Below, piece after piece: positions 9,681 through 18,104 of a DNA stretch of 55,921 bases. Position 1 is the stretch's first letter. Every line of letters starts with the position of its first letter. The DNA is from a virus (lineage: Duplodnaviria > Heunggongvirae > Uroviricota > Caudoviricetes). The notes beneath the pieces are model-generated. The model saw nothing but the letters and a program-made list of their open reading frames with translations, did not search any database and had not been told where the DNA came from. The position numbers were made by a program, and so were the translations under genes. The DNA lies in the IMG/VR virus record IMGVR_UViG_2541047806_000003, positions 1-55,921 of that record; one strand, written 5' to 3'.

Positions 9681-10354
9681 TTATCAGATCTCCATATTGA
9701 ATGCGTTTGTCGAACATAAGCGGGCCGCATTTGCTCGCGGCGGCTTAACAGTCCGGCATTGTCATGATGCAAAACAGTGTTATCGCCCAGGTAAATCATC
9801 GCGTGGCATGGGTCAGCGCCTTTGAACGGCTGCCTGATTATTACGTCACCTGGCTGGATGCTTTGCGCATCAACCTGATAAAACCCGTTTCGCGGCAAGT
9901 TTTTTAAATACAGGTTTTCACCGCGAAGCCACCAGCCATCAAGGCGCTCGAAGTCCGGTAGATCCACGCCACAAAGGTGATATGCGTCGCGGAAAAGCGC
10001 GTAGCAGTCTGTTTTCCCGTGCTCAAATTTTCGGCCTAACAGGTGCGCTACCGGGCGGAATTTTCTAACCCTGCCACCGGAGCATAAAAGCCACGGGAGG
10101 CCGGAAATAACCTGTTGTTGTCGATCCAGCGCAGACAATACCGGAATATCATCAACGTGAGAGTGAAAAACGGCGGTTATAACGCCTAATTCGTCAGCTT
10201 TGATGTAATCGTCCGGCGAAATTTTGAAGCTGTTGTATGGCGTTTCAGATACGTTAGCGCACGGGTAAAAATATTCGTTATTTATCACCAGGCCGCAAAC
10301 TTCCTCACGCGGGTGAGCTGCGGCGTAGCGAACCATTTTGTCTTCAAGTGCCAT
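9623..10354 (-). CDS. Tail tip assembly protein (lambda K-like; MPN/JAMM plus NlpC/P60-like)
   Basis: 243 aa; JAMM-like motif AVFHSHVDD; position between L-like and I-like. Confidence 0.8.
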   Translation of the reverse strand: MALEDKMVRYAAAHPREEVCGLVINNEYFYPCANVSETPYNSFKISPDDYIKADELGVITAVFHSHVDDIPVLSALDRQQQVISGLPWLLCSGGRVRKFRPVAHLLGRKFEHGKTDCYALFRDAYHLCGVDLPDFERLDGWWLRGENLYLKNLPRNGFYQVDAQSIQPGDVIIRQPFKGADPCHAMIYLGDNTVLHHDNAGLLSRREQMRPAYVRQTHSIWRSDKCSNLDLRAIFEDITAKCV

Positions 10355-10356
10355 AA

Positions 10357-11061
10357 TTAGCCCACCTTACTTGAACCGGGGAAACAGGAAATTGGTAACG
10401 GATTTGGACGCGGGAAACGTAAACGACAACCGCTCAGACGGTGGCTACATCTGTCGGCTTTAGGATCGCTTGTCGGCTCGTCTTTATCGTTTGCTACTGG
10501 TCCGCCAGCGTACATACACCCGTCGCCTCTGTATTGCCACTGGCAAACGTCAGCAAGGATGGTGCGCCCAGGGATGACAGCTTTATCTGCATCAATTGGC
10601 GTTGACAGTTCATACTGCACCTGATCCGCTGTTTCTTCGCTCATTGCTTCAACGACGTAAAAAGATACAGCCTCAATAGATGGATCTGCGTCTGGATTAC
10701 CGTTAGGGAAGTTAACGGCGTCAAGATATTTCACCTCCACCTGGCGGCGCGTAACCTTCATTCCTCTAAGGTCGTTAAAATCGTTGTTCATCCCCGTAAT
10801 GAGTCCGCCGATATTGGCTACAACCATTTGAGGCCGTGAATAAACACCCTCATTTTTCATTTCGAAGCCCGTCGCCTCGATCGGGTAGCTGTTGTAAGCT
10901 ACTCCCTTCCAGATAACCTGGCCGTAATAGCCGTTCGCGCCGGAATGGAAGCGGATAACCTCGCCTCCCAGGGGAGTAAGGTCCAGTTCAAATAAGTCAA
11001 TGACCGCGCCAACTCCGGCATCGACGGAATCAATAATCATCTCTCTCGGAATATTGCGCAT
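10357..11061 (-). CDS. Minor tail protein (lambda L-like)
   Basis: 234 aa; C-terminal Cys cluster CSHRLSGCRLRF as in gpL; gene order M-L-K-I-J. Confidence 0.85.
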   Translation of the reverse strand: MRNIPREMIIDSVDAGVGAVIDLFELDLTPLGGEVIRFHSGANGYYGQVIWKGVAYNSYPIEATGFEMKNEGVYSRPQMVVANIGGLITGMNNDFNDLRGMKVTRRQVEVKYLDAVNFPNGNPDADPSIEAVSFYVVEAMSEETADQVQYELSTPIDADKAVIPGRTILADVCQWQYRGDGCMYAGGPVANDKDEPTSDPKADRCSHRLSGCRLRFPRPNPLPISCFPGSSKVG

Positions 11062-11079
11062 TTTCTCACCTTGTCATTT

Positions 11080-11095
11080 TGTGATCTGCGTCACG
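11080..11095. promoter_or_regulatory. CRP-like palindrome TGTGATCTGCGTCACG upstream of moron 2
   Basis: 9/10 match to TGTGA-N6-TCACA consensus; about 60-70 bp upstream of candidate promoter start. Confidence 0.3.
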
Positions 11096-11116
11096 CTAAA
11101 TCATACCAAAATGGAT

Positions 11117-11145
11117 TGATCGTGGTTTTTACAATATGTATATTT
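11117..11145 (+). promoter_or_regulatory. Candidate sigma70 promoter for moron 2 (TTGATC-N17-TATATT)
   Basis: -35/-10 hexamers with 17-bp spacer read directly from sequence. Confidence 0.3.
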
Positions 11146-11190
11146 TACTCAAACGAAGGGGAAGTTAACAAAATGGCGCGGAGGTGCGTT

Positions 11191-11379
11191 ATGACTGAAA
11201 AGCTATGGAAGTTGACGGTATTCATGACAGACGGTAGGGAAAAGGTTATCGCCCTGTATGACGACGAGGGGGAAGCATTGGTTGACGCGCTTTTACTTGC
11301 TGAGGATGACCGCCTTTTGGGATACCAGATCGAACCTGTCAAATATGATGCTAACAAAAATGAAAAAATACAGTCTTGA
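11191..11379 (+). CDS. Hypothetical small acidic protein (moron 2, gene 1)
   Basis: 62 aa from ATG 11191 with SD GGAGGTG; in-frame upstream ATG at 11174 also possible. Confidence 0.4.
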   Translation: MTEKLWKLTVFMTDGREKVIALYDDEGEALVDALLLAEDDRLLGYQIEPVKYDANKNEKIQS

Positions 11380-11707
11380 TGTGTGGTTAAGTGGTAGCAA
11401 GGAGTGTTTCGGATTATTTGATAGCGAAGAAGTAGCCCTGGAAGAAGGCAGGATTCTTGAATGTAGTTTAGGCCATCCAGTGAAATATACTGCTAATCCG
11501 GTACAGATAGTTGATGAGGTGGAAGATATGAACCCGAAAGATATTAATGTTAACTTCAATGTTAATTTTGCAGACTCTATGGATCAGTCTTGCCCTGGTG
11601 AAATACACGCAAAAGGTTTCCCGGCTGACGATCCAGAAGCAAAACGCGAATACGAAAAAGCTGCGAAAGATTTCTGTATCGATAACCTTTCAGCATTCGA
11701 TAAATAA
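11360..11707 (+). CDS. Hypothetical acidic protein (moron 2, gene 2)
   Basis: 115 aa from ATG 11360 (MKKYSLDVWLSGSKE...); overlaps gene 1 stop region. Confidence 0.45.
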   Translation: MKKYSLDVWLSGSKECFGLFDSEEVALEEGRILECSLGHPVKYTANPVQIVDEVEDMNPKDINVNFNVNFADSMDQSCPGEIHAKGFPADDPEAKREYEKAAKDFCIDNLSAFDK

Positions 11708-11716
11708 GGCGGCAAC

Positions 11717-11965
11717 ATGGGGCGGCGCAATCACGGTGATTATGTGTACACGTTGAAACAGGCCGCCCGCCTCATCGGTTATCATGAACACGAATTTATT
11801 GATTTGCTGATTGAGCGCGGGATACTGTACCAGGTCTGCTTAACGCTGTACCCTAAAGCGAAATACCTACAGGAAAAGTTATTTATCATCATGACGGATG
11901 AAAACCAGGTTAATCACTCATTCGTCACTGATAAGGGCGTTAATTATCTGCGTGATAACTTATAG
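11717..11965 (+). CDS. Small helix-turn-helix DNA-binding protein (moron 2, gene 3)
   Basis: 82 aa; YTLKQAARLIGYHEHEFIDLLIERGIL resembles excisionase/MerR-type HTH. Confidence 0.5.
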   Translation: MGRRNHGDYVYTLKQAARLIGYHEHEFIDLLIERGILYQVCLTLYPKAKYLQEKLFIIMTDENQVNHSFVTDKGVNYLRDNL

Positions 11966-12095
11966 GTGACTGATTATAAAAATAGAAGTTTTGGCGCTAA
12001 TAATAATGGGGTTGATAGTATTTGGCGTTCATGCTGTAGATCTGGACTGGAAAACGATAGCAGAAAATATAGCATTAATGGAAATAGAATAAAAA

Positions 12096-12125
12096 TAACC
12101 CCGCTTCGCGCGGGGTCGTGTTTAT
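12096..12125. terminator. Bidirectional terminator
   Basis: Stem CCCCGC/GCGGGG with A-run upstream and T-rich tract downstream. Confidence 0.5.
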
Positions 12126-12319
12126 ACGCCATCAACCAAAAATAAAACCTCCTTCCCTTCCCGGGATCTACACCCAACGTACCCATCACCAACGTCGTGA
12201 AGATACCATATATCGCCGTTGTCAGCTTTTACAGTAAGGTCGTTGATCTCATAGTCGTCAAACAATGTAAAAGCGTAAGTTTTGTCAACTACACAAGTCC
12301 CGTACATAACAACCCCCAT
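12122..12319 (-). CDS. Small protein, distant member of paralogous family also found at 32.3-33.9 kb
   Basis: 65 aa; shares D-x-G-D/H-x-W-Y motif (ADNGDIWYLHD) with ORFs 32353, 32573, 32822, 33034, 33725; start abuts M-like stop. Confidence 0.45.
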   Translation of the reverse strand: MGVVMYGTCVVDKTYAFTLFDDYEINDLTVKADNGDIWYLHDVGDGYVGCRSREGKEVLFLVDGV

Positions 12320-12672
12320 TAGCCAACAACTTGCTCAAACGTTGCGTTTAGCGTGTACAAAGGCCCGTCTTTAGTCATGCTCCATTGCCGACAGACAAAA
12401 AGCCTTTGCACGTTATCCATTGACGGCGACCAGTAAAAAGCCTCGACCGCGCCGCGCGCCCTCAAGAATGCTTCCGCCTGGATTGCTACGTTTCCACCAT
12501 CACCACATCCGGCGCTACTGCCTTTAAACACCAGGGTGTAGCTATCAAGCAATGGATTGATACCTTTTACCTGTCTTTGCTCATAACCATCGCCCAGCTT
12601 AACAACAGATACGTCTGGCTTCCTGGTCACGCTGTAGCTTCTTTGCGGCGTCCATCTGAACACTTCCGGCAT
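12319..12672 (-). CDS. Minor tail protein (lambda M-like)
   Basis: 117 aa; VKLGDGYEQRQ and C-terminal ATFEQVVG match gpM pattern (lambda ends AEFEQVVN). Confidence 0.85.
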   Translation of the reverse strand: MPEVFRWTPQRSYSVTRKPDVSVVKLGDGYEQRQVKGINPLLDSYTLVFKGSSAGCGDGGNVAIQAEAFLRARGAVEAFYWSPSMDNVQRLFVCRQWSMTKDGPLYTLNATFEQVVG

Positions 12673-12705
12673 AAAACCCCCACAAGTTACATTTTGTATA
12701 TATCT

Positions 12706-12731
12706 TTACGCGCTTCTACGCGAAAAATAAG
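12706..12731. repeat. Conserved 26-bp element TTTACGCGCTTCTACGCGAAAAATAA (copy 1, upstream of M-like gene)
   Basis: 24/26 identical to 25055-25080 upstream of portal gene; contains direct TACGCG repeats. Confidence 0.35.
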
Positions 12732-12743
12732 ATCATTGTCACA
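12727..12743. promoter_or_regulatory. Perfect palindrome ATCATTGT-C-ACAATGAT (operator-like)
   Basis: 8-bp inverted arms read directly; about 30 bp upstream of candidate -35 of moron 3. Confidence 0.35.
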
Positions 12744-12770
12744 ATGATTATAGCTAGTTTACAAAATGGC

Positions 12771-12799
12771 TTCACATAGCACGCAACAAGATGTATATA
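12771..12799 (+). promoter_or_regulatory. Candidate sigma70 promoter for moron 3 (TTCACA-N17-TATATA)
   Basis: Hexamers with 17-bp spacer, TG immediately upstream of -10. Confidence 0.3.
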
Positions 12800-12839
12800 G
12801 AAAGCAAGAAGAAAGTAGTACCAACGAAGGAGGCTCAAA

Positions 12840-12995
12840 ATGAAACGCTATGTAGTAGTAATGCTAAATAACGCATTCGAACAAGTGGAAATAGCAATCG
12901 TTAAGGGTTTCGACGACGCATTCAAATACGGTCAATTCATGATGAATGCGAAAGAAGATGAATACCGGGACTTCTTCCTGAAGGCACTTAACTAA
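12840..12995 (+). CDS. Hypothetical small acidic protein (moron 3, gene 1)
   Basis: 51 aa (MKRYVVVMLNNAFEQVEIAIVKGFDDAF...), strong SD AAGGAGG; below 60-aa ORF-track cutoff. Confidence 0.4.
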   Translation: MKRYVVVMLNNAFEQVEIAIVKGFDDAFKYGQFMMNAKEDEYRDFFLKALN

Positions 12996-13012
12996 GGATG
13001 ATGGGGTGAGTT

Positions 13013-13267
13013 ATGAAACTGGTAGCGATTGACAGAAATCTGAAAGCACAGAAAAACGCACAGGACCGGATCATCAAGAAAGGTAAGGAATTACTTAAAG
13101 CCTTTCTGAGAAAAGAAGTTTACCCCAAAAAGTTACGCGACGGTTACGGATACAAAATGGATATCAATCTTGATTGGAGGCTGTTTAGCGAAGATTTGAA
13201 GGTTTGGTTAATTGTTGAGCACCATGCCTATAACAAGTTATGTGGCGTGAAAGGCACTCATAAGTGA
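13013..13267 (+). CDS. Hypothetical basic protein (moron 3, gene 2)
   Basis: 84 aa, SD GGGGTGAG, 17 nt after gene 1 stop. Confidence 0.5.
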   Translation: MKLVAIDRNLKAQKNAQDRIIKKGKELLKAFLRKEVYPKKLRDGYGYKMDINLDWRLFSEDLKVWLIVEHHAYNKLCGVKGTHK

Positions 13268-13326
13268 GTCGAGATATTCGAAAGGGGATATATCGCGCGG
13301 AATGGTCGTTTATAAATACGAAAAAT

Positions 13327-13359
13327 AACCCCGGCATTGCACCGGGGTTTAGTTTATTT
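13327..13359 (+). terminator. Rho-independent terminator of moron 3
   Basis: Stem AACCCCGG/CCGGGGTT, loop CATTGCA, then T-rich tract. Confidence 0.6.
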
Positions 13360-15696
13360 GCGGCGAGGTTGCAACATTCCGCCTGGTCTTTGAGATTCCC
13401 TTGTTATCATTTTCATGGCTACACGTTCCATTGTTAATTCAAGTCTGCGGCTGTCTTCGTCGCTGAATCCGTTCGTGGTCTGAATGCTGATACTGACAGG
13501 CATACTAATACCGCCACCGCCGCCAATATCACGGCCCGGAATAACTCTGCCGTTCTCGCCAGGGATCATATATTGATTGCCGTTAGATGTCTGGAATAGC
13601 TCCGGCCTGTTGTGTTCCCCTACGCGGTACATATTACCACCAATGACGCTACCACCATTAAAGCGACCGCCGCCGAAAATTGACGTAGCCAGCGACATGA
13701 TCGCAGTGAGCGCCGCCGAACCAGCCGCCGCCCAGCTACCGCCAGTTGACGCCGCAGTTGCCGCCGCTGCTGGGGCCGCCGCCGCAGCAATGCTTCCCTG
13801 AGCTGCTACCGCGCTTGCTGTTGTACTTGTTTGCGTGGCCTTGCTTTGTGTCTCCATCATGATCTGATCTGCTATCCAGTTTGCAGCTATGTCTGAGAGT
13901 CTGTTACCGATATTGCCGAGTATATTGCTTCCTAAGTTAGCAAAAACATCACTCAATGATTGAGTGCCGTTTAACAGGCCAACAAGCGCATTACTCATTC
14001 CGCCTTTAAGGCCATTAACACAATCACCGATAAGGCCGTTTGTGTCGCTTTGCGCCTGCCATTGTTCCCATTTCAGATCGCGGATCTGTTGCTCATAGGC
14101 TAACAATTCCTGTTTCTGTTGCGCTTCAGTAGCGCCCAGGTCTATAAGCATTTGCTTACGGATGGCCCATTCATTTTGCGCCTGCTGGATGGGGTCAACT
14201 TCGCCTTTTAGCTGATCCATCGGGCTTACTATTTGTGACCATTTATCACGCAATTCATCTACCGGAATTTGTGCTAATTCTTCTTTCAGTTCCTTGCCGA
14301 TCCCTTTTTGCGCGGCGCGGTACTCAAGGAGCGTGATTTTACCCTGGGCAAATGCAGCATCAATGGCCTTGCCGTTCTCCAACGCTTTGCGCATGGCGGC
14401 GGCGTCTTTGTTGTACTGATCAGAAACGCTTATACCTTTGTCACCAAGCCGATCAGCTTCCGATTTCTTCTCTTTTTTCTGTTTTTTCGGCTTGTCTACT
14501 GGCTTGTCGAATCCGGTAATCGCTCCGTCATTGGCAGCATTCTGTTCATTTTTCCTTGCTTCTTCTGTAGCCTGGATTGCTGCGGTCAGATCATCCTGTA
14601 GTTGCATGACCTTGCCAACGGTCTTCCCGTATTTCTTCTCGTAGTTGCTGTTATATTCGTCGGTTTGCTCTCCTACTACCTCCTTCATCCATTTATAGCC
14701 ATCCATTAGCGCCTTGATTGGCGTCACCATTGCGATGATCTTCTCTGCCACCTCTCCAGCCTTAACAGCCACATCATCAAACATGTCGATAAATTCGCTA
14801 CCAGCCGTTTTGAGTGTGTCGAAGCAGGTTTTAGCGAATTTAGCGCCATCGCCAAGCCCTTTAACGCCTTTCGTGATCAAGTCGATAGCTGAAACAACGC
14901 CATCTGACACGCCAAAAAGATCATCCAACTGCTCAACAAGGCCCATAATTTCTACTTTAAGCTCATTGATAGCCATGCCGGATGTGCGCGGCAACTGAGC
15001 AAACTTATCGTTTGTTTCCTGCGTAGCCGCCTGTATTGCGTTAACCATCCTTTCAGCCGTGATCTTGCCGTCCAGCATTTCGGCGCGGAACTGGCCCATT
15101 GATAATCCCATATGGCGGGCCATTGTTTGTACGATGGTCGGCGTATTTTCAAGCAGGCTGTTAAATTCTTCGGCACGAAGAACACCGCCGTCGATAGACT
15201 GACGGAATTGACGCATTGAGTTAGACATCTGTTCCGCTGACGCGCCGCCTAATGCACCCATTTTCTGAATAGTGCCAACCAGGTTAAGCAATTGCCCTTC
15301 CGTAGCGGAGGTGTTTTTTAGTGAGATAGCCAGGCCTTGCCATAATTCGCCAGTATCTTTCAGGCTCTGCCCCGTCTCCCTGGATATTGCTTTCAGGCCG
15401 TCGAAAACCCGTCCGGCGGACTCCGCATCGCCCGTAAGCATTTTGATTTTTACGCGAAGCATTTTTGCTTGCTCCGCCATATCCATAAATTGGCGCACAG
15501 CCTCCGCAGCAATTAGCAGATGGATAACCCTGGTCAGTGCCTTGATGGATGTTTTCAGGGTGTTTACCTGGCGGTCAGCCTGTTTTGCGCCGCGCTCTAT
15601 ACGATCAAAGGCCTGGTCTGCCTGTCGTTGTGCAACGAGAAGTTGACCAGTTTTCGCATCAACTTCGTAATAAATTGTACCTACACTGGTAGCCAT
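13354..15696 (-). CDS. Tail tape measure protein
   Basis: 780 aa, alpha-helical, Ala/Gly-rich C-terminal part, position between chaperone and M-like. Confidence 0.85.
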   Translation of the reverse strand: MATSVGTIYYEVDAKTGQLLVAQRQADQAFDRIERGAKQADRQVNTLKTSIKALTRVIHLLIAAEAVRQFMDMAEQAKMLRVKIKMLTGDAESAGRVFDGLKAISRETGQSLKDTGELWQGLAISLKNTSATEGQLLNLVGTIQKMGALGGASAEQMSNSMRQFRQSIDGGVLRAEEFNSLLENTPTIVQTMARHMGLSMGQFRAEMLDGKITAERMVNAIQAATQETNDKFAQLPRTSGMAINELKVEIMGLVEQLDDLFGVSDGVVSAIDLITKGVKGLGDGAKFAKTCFDTLKTAGSEFIDMFDDVAVKAGEVAEKIIAMVTPIKALMDGYKWMKEVVGEQTDEYNSNYEKKYGKTVGKVMQLQDDLTAAIQATEEARKNEQNAANDGAITGFDKPVDKPKKQKKEKKSEADRLGDKGISVSDQYNKDAAAMRKALENGKAIDAAFAQGKITLLEYRAAQKGIGKELKEELAQIPVDELRDKWSQIVSPMDQLKGEVDPIQQAQNEWAIRKQMLIDLGATEAQQKQELLAYEQQIRDLKWEQWQAQSDTNGLIGDCVNGLKGGMSNALVGLLNGTQSLSDVFANLGSNILGNIGNRLSDIAANWIADQIMMETQSKATQTSTTASAVAAQGSIAAAAAPAAAATAASTGGSWAAAGSAALTAIMSLATSIFGGGRFNGGSVIGGNMYRVGEHNRPELFQTSNGNQYMIPGENGRVIPGRDIGGGGGISMPVSISIQTTNGFSDEDSRRLELTMERVAMKMITRESQRPGGMLQPRRK

Positions 15697-15823
15697 GATT
15701 TAACCTCATGCAAAAATGTGATCTGTGTATCTATTTTATACAAAATGGCTTTACTTCAACGACTCCATTTTGTATAAGGAAGCTAAAGGGAATGGTCAGT
15801 AAATCAAGTTAGCGTGGTGGGTT

Positions 15824-16483
15824 ATGAAACGGTTAGCAAAAGTGGCAATGATTGCGGCGGTATTGGGTCTGGTTGGTTGCAATGAGGATAATGAAAAAGC
15901 GCCTATAGTGACCAATCAAGAGCAACAAGCATTAGCAGAGAAAAATGCTAAATGGCTTGCAGAACAACAAGCAAAACAAGCCGCATACGATGCACAGTTA
16001 GAAAAAGAAAATGCTGGTAAACAGTGGCTTGTAGTTGAAAGAAAAGATGATATGCAGGACGCAAAAAACGTATTCCTTTTTGTGAAAGCAGAACAATTCA
16101 GCGGAAGTCTTGATGCTTTCCCGACACTGAAGGCACAGGATAAGAATAAACCGGTATTAACAATCGCTTGCCAGGGTAATAAAACAAAAATGTTCGTAGC
16201 ATGGTCACACCATGTAACTGACGCCGGGGACACTACTTATATTAACTACCGGATCGGCGTTCACAAAGCTGTAGCTACTGAGTGGTGGCGGTCAACTAAT
16301 TATAAAGCTCTTGGATTATGGGACGGCAAAAAAGCCATCCCAATGATTAAAAAACTGGTTAACGAAAAACAATTCATCATTGAAGTAGTGCCGGAAGCTG
16401 GCGACATTGAGAAAGCAGTGTTTAACATTGATGGTCTTTATAACCACATCGACAAAGTGAAAAACGCTTGCAACTGGAATTAA
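15824..16483 (+). CDS. Lipoprotein (moron 4, gene 1)
   Basis: 219 aa; signal peptide plus lipobox LVGC; SD GGTGGG. Confidence 0.6.
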   Translation: MKRLAKVAMIAAVLGLVGCNEDNEKAPIVTNQEQQALAEKNAKWLAEQQAKQAAYDAQLEKENAGKQWLVVERKDDMQDAKNVFLFVKAEQFSGSLDAFPTLKAQDKNKPVLTIACQGNKTKMFVAWSHHVTDAGDTTYINYRIGVHKAVATEWWRSTNYKALGLWDGKKAIPMIKKLVNEKQFIIEVVPEAGDIEKAVFNIDGLYNHIDKVKNACNWN

Positions 16484-16493
16484 GGGGTAAATC

Positions 16494-16868
16494 ATGAAAA
16501 AAATAATCAAAGCGGTTCTCATTGGTGTTATGGCTTTAGCTCTTACAGGGTGCGCAAGATCAACTGATTTCGTTAAGTTAGCTGATAAAAATTTGCAAGT
16601 TGGAATGACTTGTGAGCAAGTGAATAAAATAATGGGGGAACCACAAAGAATCGAGCATGACGGTAATTATAGTTATCACGTATGGTATTCAGTAACCAGC
16701 ACGATAGGATTTACTTACATGGATGTTGAAGAATTATCCCCTTCAAGGGTTATCGCAAAGTTTGATAACTGCATCCTAAAAGAATGGAAAGATCGCAGTA
16801 AGGCAAAGTCTGTATACAATACAATCACACACAGTTCACCAGGTACAGCAATTAAAGATTTCAATTAG
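16494..16868 (+). CDS. BamE/SmpA-OmlA-like lipoprotein (moron 4, gene 2)
   Basis: 124 aa; lipobox LTGC; LQVGMTCEQVNKIMGEP resembles BamE motif. Confidence 0.55.
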   Translation: MKKIIKAVLIGVMALALTGCARSTDFVKLADKNLQVGMTCEQVNKIMGEPQRIEHDGNYSYHVWYSVTSTIGFTYMDVEELSPSRVIAKFDNCILKEWKDRSKAKSVYNTITHSSPGTAIKDFN

Positions 16869-17568
16869 CAAAACGCCCGGATCTACCGGGCTTTTCTTGC
16901 TCACGATTTTTCATTCTTTCTAGTGCCTTTTTAGCGGCCTCCATTTGCTCGTCATAAGCACGTTTATTTATGTGAATGTTTGGCTTGCTTCTCTCGTTTC
17001 TTTCGTCTGGCGGCGTTTTAGCGCGTACAACGGCCCTATATCCGGTCATTGTCATATTCCATGCTTCTGATTCTGATAACCCCAGGTGAGCTACGGCAGA
17101 ATAAACGAATTCCAGCACGTTAAAAGTCGGCTTATATTCCCCTTCCCGGCTCTCTCCGGCGTCTTCTTCTGGCCCGTCACCGATTAAACCGTGGTACATG
17201 CAATGTTGTGCCAGCGTGATAACGTCACTGGTCGGCATCAGTCCGGGTTTTAGTCGTAACTTGCCGGAAGAAGTTAACCTACATTCACCCAATAACGGGG
17301 CTATTTCGTCGTCTGAGCAACATTTCAGGATGCGCATTGACGTTTGTACTATCTCACCATAACACCGCGCCATAATGCGATTGCGGAGGTCTGGATCTGT
17401 AGGCAATCGTGATGGGTATTTGCTGCCGTGGATAAGTGCGAAATATTCGACAAGCTCACTATCGTTGCCGATTTTAGCCATCGCAGCAAAGCAAGGATTA
17501 AACTCATAGCGCTTACCGTTCACCACAGCCGCAAATTGTCCTGTACGAACATGGATCATAGTATTCAC
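16861..17568 (-). CDS. Tail assembly chaperone (G/GT-position)
   Basis: 235 aa acidic protein between major tail and tape measure genes; assigned by position. Confidence 0.5.
   Translation of the reverse strand: MNTMIHVRTGQFAAVVNGKRYEFNPCFAAMAKIGNDSELVEYFALIHGSKYPSRLPTDPDLRNRIMARCYGEIVQTSMRILKCCSDDEIAPLLGECRLTSSGKLRLKPGLMPTSDVITLAQHCMYHGLIGDGPEEDAGESREGEYKPTFNVLEFVYSAVAHLGLSESEAWNMTMTGYRAVVRAKTPPDERNERSKPNIHINKRAYDEQMEAAKKALERMKNREQEKPGRSGRFAN
16875..16898 (+). terminator. Rho-independent terminator of moron 4
   Basis: Stem GCCCGG/CCGGGC, loop ATCTA, then TTTTCTT. Confidence 0.6.
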
Positions 17569-17571
17569 CTT

Positions 17572-17596
17572 AAAAGAAAAGGGGCCAAATGGCCCC
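17572..17596 (-). terminator. Attenuator/terminator after major tail protein gene
   Basis: Stem GGGGCC/GGCCCC followed on minus strand by TTTTCTTTT. Confidence 0.5.
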
Positions 17597-17614
17597 GATT
17601 GTTAATATTGGCTG

Positions 17615-18091
17615 TTATGCTGGCGGAACGTCGCCTACCGTTACCTTGCCAGCGCTTTCGCACTCAATGGACCAGGTGGAAACATTATCGTGTGGATCTT
17701 CTTCTTTAAAGGAAGTGCAAAGGAATGGGCCTTCAGTTACGTCTACAGGAGAAACGATCTTCAGCCATACATAAGGTTGTGATCCGGTGGTTTCACCTGG
17801 CGTAATTACGTGGCGTTTCAGCGCTTTCTGATTATGGATTTCTTCAGTGCGGGACACACCGTCGCCGGAGAAAGAAACGGATTTGTAAGTAACCATTGAT
17901 TCTTTCGTGTAATCGGCTGATTTATCGGCGGTGGCGTCAGCGGTTTCCCATTCAACGGAAAGTGTTTTACCACGCATCATGCCTAACGCTTTGTACGCTC
18001 CAGTTTCCGGCTTCGCATTTGGACAAGCGATAGCGAAGAATACAGCAACGTCACGGCCTGTAAACGTGCCTTTTTCGCAAGTCTGAGACAT
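17615..18091 (-). CDS. Major tail protein
   Basis: 158 aa; position upstream of chaperone and followed by attenuator hairpin. Confidence 0.7.
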   Translation of the reverse strand: MSQTCEKGTFTGRDVAVFFAIACPNAKPETGAYKALGMMRGKTLSVEWETADATADKSADYTKESMVTYKSVSFSGDGVSRTEEIHNQKALKRHVITPGETTGSQPYVWLKIVSPVDVTEGPFLCTSFKEEDPHDNVSTWSIECESAGKVTVGDVPPA

Positions 18092-18104
18092 GTTAATTTA
18101 CCTC

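Noticed and set aside
12727-12743. Fur box interpretation of palindrome ATCATTGTCACAATGAT
   Set aside because: Hexamer order and spacing (ATCATT-N5-AATGAT) do not match the Fur consensus GATAATGATAATCATTATC; kept only as an unassigned operator-like palindrome.
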